From Zygnema circumcarinatum SAG 698-1b (lineage: Eukaryota > Plantae > Zygnematophyceae): a stretch of 64,000 bases of DNA. A program made the translations under genes and the position numbers. The notes beneath the pieces are model-generated. The model ran no database searches. It was not told the DNA's origin and saw nothing but the letters and a program-made list of their open reading frames with translations. Position 1 is the stretch's first letter, and each line of letters starts with the position of its first letter. The DNA lies in the NCBI GenBank assembly GCA_037447605.1, contig CM074817.1:2170001-2234000 (forward strand), given 5' to 3'. This document shows positions 47,820-60,859 of the stretch, in pieces.

Positions 47820-49100
47820 TCCGGAATCAGTACGATTTTTTGAAGATGGCCAAGCCCTAATTCCGAATTCAGCCAGTTTTGAAGCGCATTGGAATCTAGG
47901 ATTGCTGTTGGACGGCACTGCTCTCCGTTCGTTATGTTTTAGGGTTTCATCATATCTTGCTACTATTGAAGGTTCTGCTGTGAGCAGCGCGGCGCTGTTC
48001 ATCGCTCGTCTTAAAGCAGCTTTTTCAGCTCGTGATTCGACAAAATTTATCTGGAGTGAGGTAAGTTTTCCTCTGAATGAAAATCCCACTTCTTATCAAT
48101 GGCTCTTTTGTCGCAACATTTCGTTGCAGTATTGAACAGTGGAGCTGTTTTGGAGCCGTTCTTCGTGCATGCAGCTTCAGAACCCTCAGGGTTTGGAAAG
48201 CAGCACTTGCAAACCATGGCGATGTTATTCTGAGCCTGTTTGATGCTGCAAGTGGATTTTTCTCTCCAGAAGGGAACGTGTACTGTTCTATGGAATGGTA
48301 TCATTTTGTGCAGTTTCGGATGTATGTTCCAAAAAACTATCACTTTACCTTTTTGTTAAGTGCTGATCCATCTCCTTCCGCTTCGAACAGGAATCATGTC
48401 TCCATCACGTTACTCCCTGAAATGTTCCAATTTCTTCAAAGGCTCTGCAGCAGTGCTATCTTCATGGGTGCCTGCATTAACTGAATTCCGTAACCTTCAA
48501 ACGATGAAGCTTCTTCCAGAAGTGATCGACCAGCCAGAGCTTAAATTCCCGAGGCAGTGTTTGGCAGAATCATCTAAAATGGAGTTATCAAGTCCGCTTG
48601 GCCCCTTTTCCAGTCATTCAGTCAGCTGTTCTGACCTAAGATATTGGAGATGTGAGAATTTGCTACCCATAGGTAAACCTGCAGAACAGTTCCAAGGGAC
48701 GATTGCTCCTGCAAGCATCGCTGCACCCTTTGCAAATCTTGAAACTTTTAGTGAGCGAGCTGCTTCTCAGTTTGTTCAGCAGGCACTGTTTGGAGACTCT
48801 TCGCCTTTTTTGCTCAGACATGAGTGGCTGACCAGACCTAGTGAAGAGGAGGCTGAAGATATTTGGGAAGCTCCGGGAGTGGAGTCAAGCGACGGAGGTT
48901 ATGAATGTGGAAGGGGGGATAAAAGGACAAAGAAAGGCAAAATATTCAAGCATTCACATGGCAAGAGCAGGCCGACGAAAAGCAAACGCAACCGATTACT
49001 TCGTGAGCAGTTTGAGATAACAGGGATTTTGCCAGGTCAGCCATTGGTCCCTTGTTCAATAACGCCGAAGAAGGACAAGGAGCAGCCAGAAACCTCTTGA
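47820..49100 (+). CDS. Uncharacterised multi-exon protein; 5' end not resolved
   Basis: Tentative phase-consistent exons 47820-47943, 48029-48060, 48130-48297, 48391-48467 and 48520-49100; 193-codon terminal exon with acidic and basic patches; family not recognised. Confidence 0.5.
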
Positions 49101-49377
49101 TTGTTTCTTTTGATTCACTCTTCTTACTATCCTCCATTTCCGTTCTTTTCCCCTTCTCTTCTGAGTTTCCATTATCTCGAGCTTTGAGTTTGGTTCGTCA
49201 GGCAGAAGAAGTTCAGGAATGCAACCACCAATTGAAAATGTCACTCTAGTATTCCTTTGAAACGGAAATTTCTACTTTGAATCATAGTTCATTGGATTTG
49301 CTGCTGAGTATACCTGCAATGCTGTATCACTTGTTAAAACACATCACCATGTCTCAGAAGATCGTTTCTCCGCAGGA

Positions 49378-49468
49378 TTAGGGTTAGGGTTAGGATCAGA
49401 GTTGGGGTTGGGGTTGGGGTTAGAGTTAGGGTTAGAGTTAGGACTAGGGTTAGGCTTAGAGTTAGGGT
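49378..49468. repeat. Short TTAGGG-like hexamer run
   Basis: ttagggttagggttaggatcagagttggggttggggttggggttagagttagggtt... Confidence 0.75.
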
Positions 49469-49873
49469 TTGCATCTTGGAGCCTCTCAGTATTGTAGGAT
49501 AGGATGCCAGCCTCCAAGCTTCAAATGCACTTGTTCTTCTGCAGAGGCCGACCAGTGACCATCGTGGAAGCCGTGCAGGCCAAAAAACTTGAAGCAAACC
49601 TGACCCTAGTTTTCAGCCAATAACGAGGTTTCTGAGCACTATGCAATGAAGGGCGAACTGACTGGGGCTGAGACTGGGACTGAGGGCTGACTTTCGTTTA
49701 CAAGATTTTGGGACATAGATTGTATGAATTTTATGATTGTTTGGAGGCTCTGAAGGACCTTGTGGTGATTAGGGTTTCGATGGGGCGACGAGCACTGTTC
49801 TCTGCAACTGTTACAGAAATTTACAAATGAAAGCTGAATATTAGCATTTTGGCATTCAGAAAGCCTTGTTCAG

Positions 49874-50095
49874 GTGTGTGAAAAATAAAGCCGCAAATTT
49901 CTTTTGCTTTTGAACATCCCCAATGAAAGTAAGAGGGGCTGTTGAGAGTGTGTGAAAAATAAAGCCGCAAATTTCTTTTGCTTTTGAACATCCCCAATGA
50001 AAGTAAGAGGGGCTGTTGAGAGTGTGTGAAAAATAAAGCCGCAAATTTCTTTTGCTTTTGAACATCCCCAATGAAAGTAAGAGGGGCTGTTGAGA
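49874..50095. repeat. 74-bp perfect tandem repeat x3
   Basis: Units at 49874, 49948 and 50022; each contains AATAAA. Confidence 0.95.
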
Positions 50096-50544
50096 GAAGT
50101 TCATCTCTTCCGAAAGCTCAGGAAAGCTGAGCGGCAATCGTTGATGTTGGTTGACCAGAACTTTTACCAAGCTCAACGAAGGTCAACCAAGTTCATCCAC
50201 CAACTTCAGTCTAGCTCAACCAACCAAATTCAACTACGAAGCTCAGGAAGTTCAACCATGTTTAACCAATTTCATCAACCAACTTCAACTAAGCTCCACG
50301 AAGTCAGTACAACCAAGTTGCACTTTCAATCGCAAATTACGAGGCTGAATTCAGTAACACTCTTATTCCTCCAAATGCCGGAAAGGGAGCAGCTTTGCGT
50401 CCAAACGGTTCTCCACCCACTGATCAACAAATGGAACCAAAGAATAAACACCTCCTCACCCTATGTACAACGGAGTGTGACCGGCTCTACCAGGGTTCAG
50501 AGTCGATCTCTTTTTCCAATGCCCTAAACCCTAAACTCTAAACC

Positions 50545-51635
50545 TCAGAATGCAGAATGGCTTCCCTTAGATTGGCCCAACAGATGGTCCTTGGCTTCAT
50601 TAATTTTGGAGGCCAAATAATCGCTCCCTCCCGCATCCGGGTGGTTTGCAATCATCACTTTCCTATGAGCGTCCTTCACCTTCTCCAGCGCCGCACTTTC
50701 CCTGAAAAAACATCGCTAAGATACTGTAAAAAAAAAACATCTGATTCAAGTGATATACAGAAGTATACAGCGCATGCAGAGAATACCCATCGGGTTAAGA
50801 GAAGCTTCAGAAAATAGAGGGGTAGAGGGGGAGAGAGAGGGGGAGGGGGAGGGGGAGGAGGAAGGAGGGAGGGAGATCTTTTTCCCCTTACATTAGAGGG
50901 TTTGAGAAATTTTAAAAAGATAGAAAACTTGGAGTTTTGAGGCTTATAGGGTCGTTCGGGCCTATTGGATTCTTTAGGGCTCTTAAGACTTGAAGGACGT
51001 TAGCTGCTTGAACCTTGAGGCCTTTCAGCGTTGCTTTAAGGTATCTTAGGGCTCGTTTAGGTTCGCCTTATAGGTTTCTTATGCACACCAAAAATTATAC
51101 AAAAGTTACGAAGGTTTCTTTAGGCTTTCTAGAAGAACTTTGGAAGAAAAAGCTAAATTTTCTTGAGCTTTGAGGAATACAAAAGCTGACCTGATCCCCA
51201 AGATGAGCGCCGCCTCCCTGCGCGTCATGACGGGCTGGAACCCGCCCTCATAGAACCGCCGTGCTCGCGCTACAACGGGGCGGGCTTTCCATGCATGGAA
51301 CGCCTCCAGGCCGTACTTCCCCGCCATGGCTGCCGCAGCCACAGCCACGCCCGCCACCAGAGGCGTCGCCTGCATTAGGGCGAAAGGAGGGGAGGCAAGG
51401 AATGTTCGAGGTATTCAGGATGTGGGTTTGAGAGAGACAGGGAAAGGGGGGGAGAGAGCGAGGGCGAGAAAGAGAGAGACTCCAGCAAGTAATAAACAGA
51501 GAGGCCACAGAGGAGAGAGAAGGGATGGGAGAGAGGAAGGACAAGAGCAGAGAGAGAGGGTGAGAAAGGAAAGCAGAGGAGGTGAAGGGAAACAGTTTAC
51601 AAAAGTGGGAGAGAGAGAGAGAGAGAGCATACCAT
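50545..51635 (-). CDS. PAM18: Mitochondrial import motor J-protein PAM18/TIM14
   Basis: Exons on minus strand: 51635-51633 (ATG only), 51369-51191, 50701-50545; [48 protein letters not shown] (HPD motif). Confidence 0.96.
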
Positions 51636-51675
51636 TGCTCGCCAATTCCTGACGCCTTGCGCCTCCTGTGAGCAG

Positions 51676-51732
<57 letters not shown>

Positions 51733-52822
51733 GGGTTTGTCCTAATTTTTAGGGTTCACAGGACATAGGGGGAGAGGGGCAGGAAGGCATGAGAGGCAGT
51801 AGGGACCAACACAGTCGGAAGTTCATGGGTGTCCGTACGGTCCAGGCTTAAACCCCATTTAGTGCGATGACCCAACCCCAGAAACTCGGTTTAGTTTCTA
51901 GAGAACAAACTCAGTTTCTCAATTGCGAACTAATAGTGAAGCATCATCCAATGGGAGATCGCCACGTGTGAAATATTATACGTGGCGGATCGAGACTGGG
52001 TGATGTTCGCAAGTGTTGACGTGTCAACCTATGACCTTGCGGCTTGCGCTTCCGACAAAGTTAAAAATCAGTACCTTTAATCTTAGTTTATTCATTTGTT
52101 TTGTGGAATCTTGTACTTGCATTAAATTAATTCTGTTTTGATAATCAAAAATTCGGATTGGTTGCCCTAATTATTCTGAAAATATCGCAGTACATCATAT
52201 CGTATTGATAATATCGTATTGAATCGTGCCGACCGTACCACCTTCTGGAAGCTTCCAAACCTTCTAGTGAGGCCACGTAGACATGCCACGTCGACCAGGC
52301 TCAATGCATCTGGACCGGTTTAGATTGTAGGTTCTTGACAATTGTTGAACACTTAACATAGATCAACAATTACAGATTCATTGAATGTGGCCAGTTCAGC
52401 GGCTATGAGTTCCGTTTCGTTTTGATCAGGTGGATCTAAGATCAACTATTGATCCAGTGGACCCTTTTCCCTGCACACCATGTGATTCTCTCATTCTGCA
52501 TCCCTTACTTTTTGAAGGACTAGCTCACGGTGACCCATAATTTGTTTTTAGGGTTTGAAGTGGGGCCAGAGCCATCTAGTATTGTAGGGTCAGAGAAAGG
52601 AAATATCTTTTCTGGCGAAGGTGTTAAACTCAGAACTAGCCCACAGAGTCATCCCCATAGAGGAATAAAGTTTCATATATTTCACCGATTTAAAGAGCTT
52701 TTCTAAAGGATAAAGAAGTTCCTCTGCAGATTGTTAGGGTTCAGAGCCTGATCATTTCTCTCTCTTGTCTTTTTTAGATTTTTGGGATATTTCTAGTTTC
52801 CTCAGAAAGAGCGTCCTCGGCC

Positions 52823-54265
52823 ATGGCAGCTGCCGCTGCTGCAGCGCGCCTCCGTCCCCTTCTCAAGCGAGCTCGACTTCCCTTAAGCTTCTTGGAAGCT
52901 TCCGGCCTTGGAGGAACAAGCAGCAAGCAGCCTCTCCTCCCTCCCCCTCCCCTCAGCAACGCTTTCAGAGTGCCACGTGGCAGCCATGGATTCTCTTCCT
53001 CTGCTCTTGCAGCAGAACCTATTGAAGAATTAAACGTAAAGGGAGTCAATCTTGTGGGCCGACCCCTCTATTTGGATATGCAGGCGACCTCCCCTGTTGA
53101 CCCGCGAGTCCTCGACTCCATGCTTCCATATTTTATGGAACAGTATGGAAATCCGCATTCCAGAACGCACTTATATGGGTGGGAGAGTGAAGATGCTGTC
53201 GAAAAAGCGAGAACCCAAATCGCAAATTTAATTGGAGCGAAGGCGAAGGAGATCATCTTCACATCGGGAGCAACGGAGTCGAATAACATTGCGATTAAAG
53301 GCGTTGCGAATTTTTATAAAAAGAAGAAAAATCACATTATCACGCTGCAAACGGAGCATAAGTGTGTGCTTGACAGCTGCCGACATTTGGAACAGGACGG
53401 GTTTGAAGTGAGCTATCTTCCGGTTAAGAAGGACGGCTTAGTCGACTTGGAGCAGCTTGAAGCGACCATGAAGGAGACTACCGCCATTGTTTCGATCATG
53501 GCTGTGAATAACGAAATTGGGGTCATTCAACCGGTAGATGAAATTGGAAAACTGTGCCGTAAACATGGCATTTTTTTCCACACAGATGCGGCGCAGGCTG
53601 TTGGAAAAATTCCTGTAAATGTGAATGATATGAACATCGATTTGATGTCGATAAGCGCTCACAAGCTTTATGGGCCGAAGGGAATTGGAGCGCTTTACGT
53701 TAGAGGGAGGCCGAGAGTTAGGGTTCAGCCTCAAATGAGTGGAGGAGGGCAGGAGAGGGGCTTACGGAGTGGAACAGTTGCGACTCCATTAGCAGTAGGG
53801 TTTGGAGCTGCTTGTGAAGTCGCTGCAACGGAACTGGAATCCGACAGTCAGCATGTGAAGCGGCTCCAGAAGCGTCTTTACGACGGAATTCTGTCGCGAC
53901 TGGAAGGCGTTGTGGTCAACGGCAGCATGGAGCACCGATACGCTGGAAACTTGAACTTATCATTTGCATGTGTGGAGGGAGAGTCTCTGCTTATGGGGCT
54001 GAAGGAGGTGGCAGTATCCAGTGGCTCTGCCTGTACTTCTGCGAGTCTGGAGCCTTCCTATGTTTTGAGAGCGCTGGGAGTGGAGGAGGATATGGCTCAC
54101 ACTTCTATTAGGTTTGGAATTGGGAGGTTCACAACGGAGGAGGAGGTAGACCGGGCGGTAGAGCTGACGGTAGAGCAGGTGGATAAGCTGAGGAGTATGA
54201 GTCCCCTGTGGGAGATGGTGCAGGAGGGGATCGACATCAAGAGCATCCAGTGGACCCAGCACTAG
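52823..54265 (+). CDS. NFS1: Mitochondrial cysteine desulfurase (IscS/NFS1), single exon, 480 aa
   Basis: [31 protein letters not shown] lysine in [10 protein letters not shown], catalytic [16 protein letters not shown]-terminus; N-terminal presequence. Confidence 0.98.
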   Translation: MAAAAAAARLRPLLKRARLPLSFLEASGLGGTSSKQPLLPPPPLSNAFRVPRGSHGFSSSALAAEPIEELNVKGVNLVGRPLYLDMQATSPVDPRVLDSMLPYFMEQYGNPHSRTHLYGWESEDAVEKARTQIANLIGAKAKEIIFTSGATESNNIAIKGVANFYKKKKNHIITLQTEHKCVLDSCRHLEQDGFEVSYLPVKKDGLVDLEQLEATMKETTAIVSIMAVNNEIGVIQPVDEIGKLCRKHGIFFHTDAAQAVGKIPVNVNDMNIDLMSISAHKLYGPKGIGALYVRGRPRVRVQPQMSGGGQERGLRSGTVATPLAVGFGAACEVAATELESDSQHVKRLQKRLYDGILSRLEGVVVNGSMEHRYAGNLNLSFACVEGESLLMGLKEVAVSSGSACTSASLEPSYVLRALGVEEDMAHTSIRFGIGRFTTEEEVDRAVELTVEQVDKLRSMSPLWEMVQEGIDIKSIQWTQH

Positions 54266-54898
54266 GGTTCCTGCCGTTTAGGGCTCAAAGTTTAGGGTTA
54301 AGATGCTGCGGTTTAGGGTTCAGAAGGGGCTGAGTTGAGGGTTTGGGGTGATGGTCGAGCTTGGTAGTTTTTGGGAAAGAGACGTGGCTGTGGTCTTGTC
54401 AAGGCAGAAGTTACTTTGTTTAAGAGGACTCCCCCCTCTCCCGCCCCCCCCCGGCCCTTTTTTTTGTGCTTTTTTCGCTGCAAAGTGATGATAAAGGTCA
54501 GGGTTGTCTGTATGTAAGAGAGGAGTGGGGAGGCACCATAGCTCGGCCTTTAGGGGGATGGGAGGGAAGGTCTGTACAGAGGAGTCAAGTGCCCTCGTGG
54601 TGAGGGGTAATATAGGAATGTGTACCATGGTCTAACATGATTAACCCTGCAAGTAAACATTGACTATCCACGACCACGACTGTCCATGGCCATGGCGAAC
54701 ATGATTGTCTCTCTTAAAAAAATTGCTTGAAGCTCACTCTGGATTCAACCCGTATTTTATTTTGCTTTTGCATACCAATTTTGAAAAGGAAAAGGAAAAG
54801 GAGGCATATCTTGTAATGCAGAGAACATATGCTAGTCTGTGCTATATTCGTTCTCTCGCAACTTTGCACCGGAGCCTTTACACCCTCAGTATTATCCA

Positions 54899-55299
54899 AA
54901 CGTGTCTGTATCTAATTGAATACCAATAATGTTTACAAACGGCTCCCTCTCCCTCTCCCTCTCCCTCTCCCTCTCCCCCTTCCCTCTCCCTCTCCCTCTC
55001 CCTCTCCCTCTCCCTCCTCCCTCTCCCTCTCCTCTCCCTCTCCCTCTCCCTCTCCCTCTCCCTCTCCCTCTCCCTCTCCCTCTCCCTCTCCCTCTCCCTC
55101 TCCCTCTCCCTCCCTCTCCCTCCCTCTCCCTCTCCCTCTCCCTCTCCCTCTCCCTCTCCCTCTCCCTCTCCTCTCCCTCTCCCTCTCCCTCCTCTCCCTC
55201 TCCCTCTCCCTCTCCCTTTCCTTCTCCCCCTCCCTCAGTATGATCCTCCCTACATAACGTGTCTGTACCTTATTGAATACCAATAATGTTTACAAACGG
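54899..55299. repeat. (CTCTCC)n tract bracketed by a 44-bp direct repeat
   Basis: 54899-54942 and 55256-55299 differ at 2 positions; ~300 bp of pyrimidine hexamers lie between them. Confidence 0.85.
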
Positions 55300-55418
55300 A
55301 TTTCACAATAACAAGGATCTCACAATAACACACAAGTGAACCAGAAATTCCGCAACAAAGTGTATGGTGAGCCAAACTTGGAAGCCTCGTTTCACACTTG
55401 GAGAAAGGTATTATTTTG

Positions 55419-58400
55419 TCACAGCGGTTTAAACGGAGGGATGGCTGGCGGCTTTTCCATGTGAAGGGCCATGTCCACCATGTACTTGGTGGCCTGCACA
55501 TGCCACGTGAATGGTGTGAGAGTTGGAAATCTAAAGGTTTAGGGTTCAAGGTTTTAGAGATTTAAAAGGATTTGAAAGCCCTCTGAAAAAAGGATCTCCT
55601 AAGCCCATCCCTGAGCCCTAGCATGGGGTGACAAGATGGCATGGCATTGCATGGCGCGGCGATGTATGGCATGACATATCATGGCATGGGATGACTTTAT
55701 AGGCCTATAGGCTTTAGGATTTGAAATGGCATACAGCATGATGAACAGCGTGGAATTTGGCCTTAAGCCTCGCCTGCTCCTGCTCGGATGAGGCCTTCAG
55801 CTGCTCCATTTTAAGCCGAATTGCAAGGGCCTATCCAGGGACATAACAAAAACATCGTTATATTTTACTACATTTTCGAAAACCATGTCTGTTTCATGAA
55901 AATGAGACAAAGAAAAAGTCACCAGTTGCGATCTTTTGAGGAATGAATTTTTGTCCTCGTTCACTTTCTCTCTCCCCCTCTCTCTCTCTCCACCTCCCCT
56001 CCTTTCTCTTCCCTTCTCATCTTCCACTTACCTGTCTCTTCTTCTCCTCTGCCTGGTCCATCTTCATCTTGCTCTGCTCCTCCTTCTCTCTGGCCCTCAT
56101 GGAGGCCTGCTGGAGTGACTGAGTCAAGTTTGCTCTCCTGCGAGTTGTGTTCTCTCTCTGTTTGTTGAGCCACTCCTGCGTTGAGTGGACTGCAGAGGGA
56201 GCAACAGAGTGTGGACAGCGCATAAAGAAGTATAAGGAATGTGAACCTTGGGACTAACCCTCTCGCTCATCCAACCCCTACTCCCTCACCCTCTCACACA
56301 CACACCCACCTCAAATCGCTTGCCTGCTTTCTTCTCTGTCTCTGTTGCTGCCATCCTTTTCTTTCGTCTTCCCTCCCACTGCTCTTCTCTTTCTCCCTCC
56401 CGGCCTTCTCCCACCCCCTTCCCTAAACAAAGTAGGCCAAGTTACAGCAAGGTTCAGGAAGCTCACTCTTCTTCTTCAAATGTTCCCTCTCGTCCTTGAG
56501 TGACTCCACAAGCTTATTGGTGGCCGCAATTTTCGCCTTTGTCTCTTTCAGAGTTTTGGACAAAGCCTTCTGCTTCAGCGCCTGCAGAGCAATGCGAAGA
56601 GTGCAAAAAAGGTTTCAGGAAACAAAGATCTTCTAGATAATGTGAGACCAAACACCAATGGCAGAGAAAAGTGAAGGTTTCAATTTCATAATTGCCGATC
56701 TCTGATCATTCTTTGCCACTTCTAGGAGGAGAAGTGTTCTACCGTGCATGCATGATACATGTTTGTATAAGGCTCCATATGCATACATTACAACTTGCCT
56801 GTCTGCACGAACACAAGCCCAAAGAGGACAAACCTAGGTTCTTGAAGTTTGATAACTTGTAAATCGACTTATGATTGGTGGAAGATACAGTAGACTTGGA
56901 AAGGAATCGAAGGAAAGTTATATGAGCACACCTTCGCTTCTACTTCCTCCATCCTAGCCACGCACTTCCGCACCTTGTGTTCAACCTGTTAAGAATCACC
57001 GTGCCAAAATGTCACCAACTTTCCTCTCTCTCTCGCTCACACACACACATACACACGCACTCTCACTCTCCCTCATCCCTGTCATCATCCTGTTGTTCTG
57101 AGGTAAACTTCCGGTCTGAGAATACGAGGTCAACAGTATTAACTACTACTCGTCCGTTGCCCACCTTTGTCAAACAATCCAACTGACTTTGAAGGCCCCT
57201 TAGCCGGCTGTCTCCTTCCAGAATCACCGCTTTTTCGTTCTCCAAAATCGTATGATACTCCTCTACAGTCACCTGCAGGTCAATCAAATAACTAGCCCCC
57301 TCAATTGTACATTAAGGAAAAACTGTCACCACACTGTCTTCTCTCGCTACGCTTCCTCCATCAGAAAACTCTCCTTCATGGAAAAGGAAACGGGTTCGTT
57401 TGTTACCTGAATTTTCTCTGGCGACTCCGCCACCTTGTCCCTCAAACTTTCCACCTCCTTCTGGGCATTTTGCAACTGCTCCTTCTCTGCCGCATCCTGT
57501 AAAATTCCCAATCTTGCACCATTCGTCAGCAAAATGACCTATCTACATTTCAGGAAGGGTAAAGTAGATCGTCGTGCATTGTCGGAAATGTTAATCAATA
57601 AAGACTGTGACTTGGAAATACAATAATGCTGACCCTACTTCAATATGTTACAAATTGCGACAAATACAGCAGACAGATTCCAGTACGACAAGGCGAAGGA
57701 TTGTCTGAAAGCGTTTAATTGTATCCCAAAAAAAATGGCTTTCAAGCACCAATGTGCTGGTCTGGTGATCCTACCTTGTTCGCTGTGTCTTGAATCGATT
57801 GCTTCAGAATTCGCACTTCTGTTTGCAGGCTAGAATGTTCGTCATTCAATTTCCTTATTGTTTCCAACAATTCATTATCTTCCGCTCGCAGTTCATCCAC
57901 CAGAGGTTGTTGCACTGCTCTCTCGTCTTTTATCTCCTGCAGTCGAGCCATCAGCTGTATCCACCATACATGCAAGGCAAGGTACAAACGTAAGGCACGC
58001 AGGTAATGCAAAAAAAATACACTATACAGCATTGCAATGCATGGAAGCGTACTCAGTCGATGATGGCCCATTGATGGACATATACGTCCGCTGGATACCT
58101 TGGATACGGGGGCAATTTCAGTGTATTGATAGCCTCAAAACCAATGAACCCTGGGAATGTTACAAGGACTAAAGTATCAAAGGCGCAATTCTTGCTCAAG
58201 CTGGCAAGAAAGGAAAGGGAAACACGTAACACATGACGTCAAGCCTCAGAACACAGAATATTGAAGAGTTTGTGACTGAAACGTACATCCATATTGGCGT
58301 CGGCAAGCTGCTGAGTTCTGTCCATGAGGGCATCCGCTTGTTCGTGTGCTTCCTGCAGCTCTTTGCCTTTCTCTTGCCTGCACCTCCACGGATTCTTGTT

Positions 58401-59445
58401 ATTGAAATGATATTATGCAATTCTGCAGCACTATTTTGCACCGCGGTAGTACATGAATACAATATGCTACATGTACCGCAGACTAGTTCAGACGGCTGAG
58501 ACTACAAAATCCAAGGGAACATGACGCATCTGCAATAGACTTCTAAGACAGGAGCCATGATGAAAAAACAGCAGAATAAAGCTGTAAAGTTTGAGAGCAC
58601 CTAAAGTTGAAACAACTTCTAATAGAGCTGGAATGCGACAAGAGCTCCGCAAATAGGCTTTTTTTTCTATTTTTTTTTTACACAATAACGCAGCTAAAAC
58701 GTCTTACTCCTGCAAGTCACGAACACAACGAATCTTGAAGACGAAGCTTCCGTGTTTCCCGAATTTGTGGAGAAGTATTTGCGAATACTGTAAGACATCT
58801 CACCTGTACTTGGCGTAATTGATGACAGCACTCAACTGAGTGATAACACGATTAATATCCGGCTTGTATATATCTTTCCGAGTAAAATCTCCTATTCCTG
58901 AAACTGTCATCATCTTCGTGATAGATCTTGATAAGGCGAGAATGCCAATGGACTGCTCGTGCAGCTCAGGATACTCCAATCTATCCGTGGCACAAAGGAC
59001 AGGTTGCTGAAAATCTCCCCTGCAAAAAGGCAATGAAAACGAGTAAAAGTGAAAACAACGATGCAACGCTGTACATGACTCTTGCATCGCTCTTGAAAGC
59101 AAATGGACGGAGTTTGAAAGGATTCCAAAGCTTTCAGAGTTTTCTCGGATTCAAGGAACGATCAGGTTTCCCATTTTGATTAGGTTTTCCATTTTGCCAG
59201 TGATTCCAGGAAACTGCATAGCTGCGTCTATCATTTTCCGTAAATATTGGTTACAAGGTATGCAATTTAAGCAGAGATAGAGCCTGCCATGCATGTGCAT
59301 CGGAGCTGTTCAGTTCTACATATTTCTGATTAATGTTTCCGTGAATGGAAAGTCTTCAAAGATAGTTGTATATGGTCATTCTCCGCTTTTGAAAAAGTAA
59401 ATCTTAACAGATAGAGAGAAAGAGGGAAAGAGAGCGAGAGAGAGA

Positions 59446-59478
<33 letters not shown>

Positions 59479-59750
59479 CACGCGCGCAAGAGAGAGAGAG
59501 AGAGAAAAGGAGGTCTTTGACAAGAAGGATAACATGCTGCTGATTTTCAATTTAAACATTTCTTCGCAAAGGGATTCAGGAAAGCTCACTTGGATACAGA
59601 TGTTACGCAGTTGAACACCTTTTCATAAAGATTCTTTATCGCTTCAGGTGTCGGTTTCATTAAATCCTGTTCCGGAAATTCTACACCTAAATCGAGAAGG
59701 TCTTTCAGAATCGCTTTCTTTTCAAGAATGGGAAAGGAATATGGAGCCAT
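55419..59750 (-). CDS. NUF2: Kinetochore protein NUF2 (NDC80 complex)
   Basis: Exons on minus strand: 59750-59590, 59019-58804, 58377-58287, 57954-57775, 57496-57407, 57272-57165, 56985-56932, 56581-56467, 56189-56032, 55830-55735, 55493-55419. YSFPIL, DLMKPT, LEYPELHEQSI, DIYKPD, LSAVINYAKYR, AESPEKIQ, then a long coiled coil. Confidence 0.9.
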
Positions 59751-60859
59751 GTTGATTGTCAAAGAAATGAAAATGGCAGCAAGAAAACGGAGGAGCACTT
59801 TCCTTCAGGACCGATATTAAGTCTCTCTTTCCCTCAATCTCTCTATCCTTCTCTCCTCTGTATCCTCCTTTCCCTCTCCTATTTCTCTCCTCCCGCCCCT
59901 TACGCTAAGATACTTCTCTCAGAACCTCCTCTCACTTCACTATCTTCACTCTTTGTCTTCTGCCCTAATCCTCAAGCTTTCACATCTCTGCTCTCCCTGC
60001 TCCCTCCTCTCACACACATACTCTCTCTCTCTCTCTCTCGTTTCGCTTTCCCCTTGCTATGTTCTCGCCTCGCCTCGCCTCTCCCTCCTTTCCCTCCGTC
60101 TCTCTCCCTTCCCTGTGCTATAATTTCCCTTCCCCTCTTCTCCTTCTCCGCTACTGCTCGCACCCTCCCCCTGCTCTCTCTCCCTCCTCTCTCCCTCCCT
60201 CTCCAATTCAAATTTTTGGCAGTCATGTCAAACGGCTTCTAAGCTTCAAGTATCGCGATATATCGCGCGCGTATCGGAACCGGCATTCCGCGACGGAGCC
60301 GACGACCCGTCGTCGAACCAACGGTCATATGCGAAGGCGGGCTTCAACATAAACACAGAATTAAGAACTTATGTCGGAACTTCAGCGCAGTACGGTAATG
60401 TGTTTCGCTGTACGTACAATACAGTACAAAACAGTACTGTACGACAGTGTACGGTATTCTCGTACGAAACATGAAAAAGCGGATTTCTCTTTTTCTTGTT
60501 TTCCCGCCAAATGGAGGCTGCCGTACGGACGCTGTTCAAAATCACCTGTTAGATGACAAAATTTCGAACACATAAGCTGTACGGTTCGTACCGTACAACG
60601 TATGAATGAGTACGGCACCTGTTACCTAACAGGCTTCAATGCATTTGAGTTTTATGAACGAGCGCAGCTTTGCAGGCTTTCTTTTTGACCTTCCAAACAA
60701 GAATAATATTAGCGTTGCTGATAAATAAACGCTCTTTCTGCTGTGTTAGAATCTATTTTTTCGGCTTGCGACTGTAGTTTTATCTGTGTTTCGCTTGCAT
60801 TCTGATCCTATCTTGAAGCGCAGAGAAACAAGGCATTGCTGCGGACATTTGAAGGCAGC
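59751..60859. promoter_or_regulatory. Putative bidirectional promoter of NUF2 and gamma-tubulin with MSA-like AACGG cores
   Basis: Divergent starts 1.1 kb apart; tcaAACGGct (60231-60235) and ccAACGGtc (60320-60324); GTAC-dense core at ~60380-60620. Confidence 0.5.
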
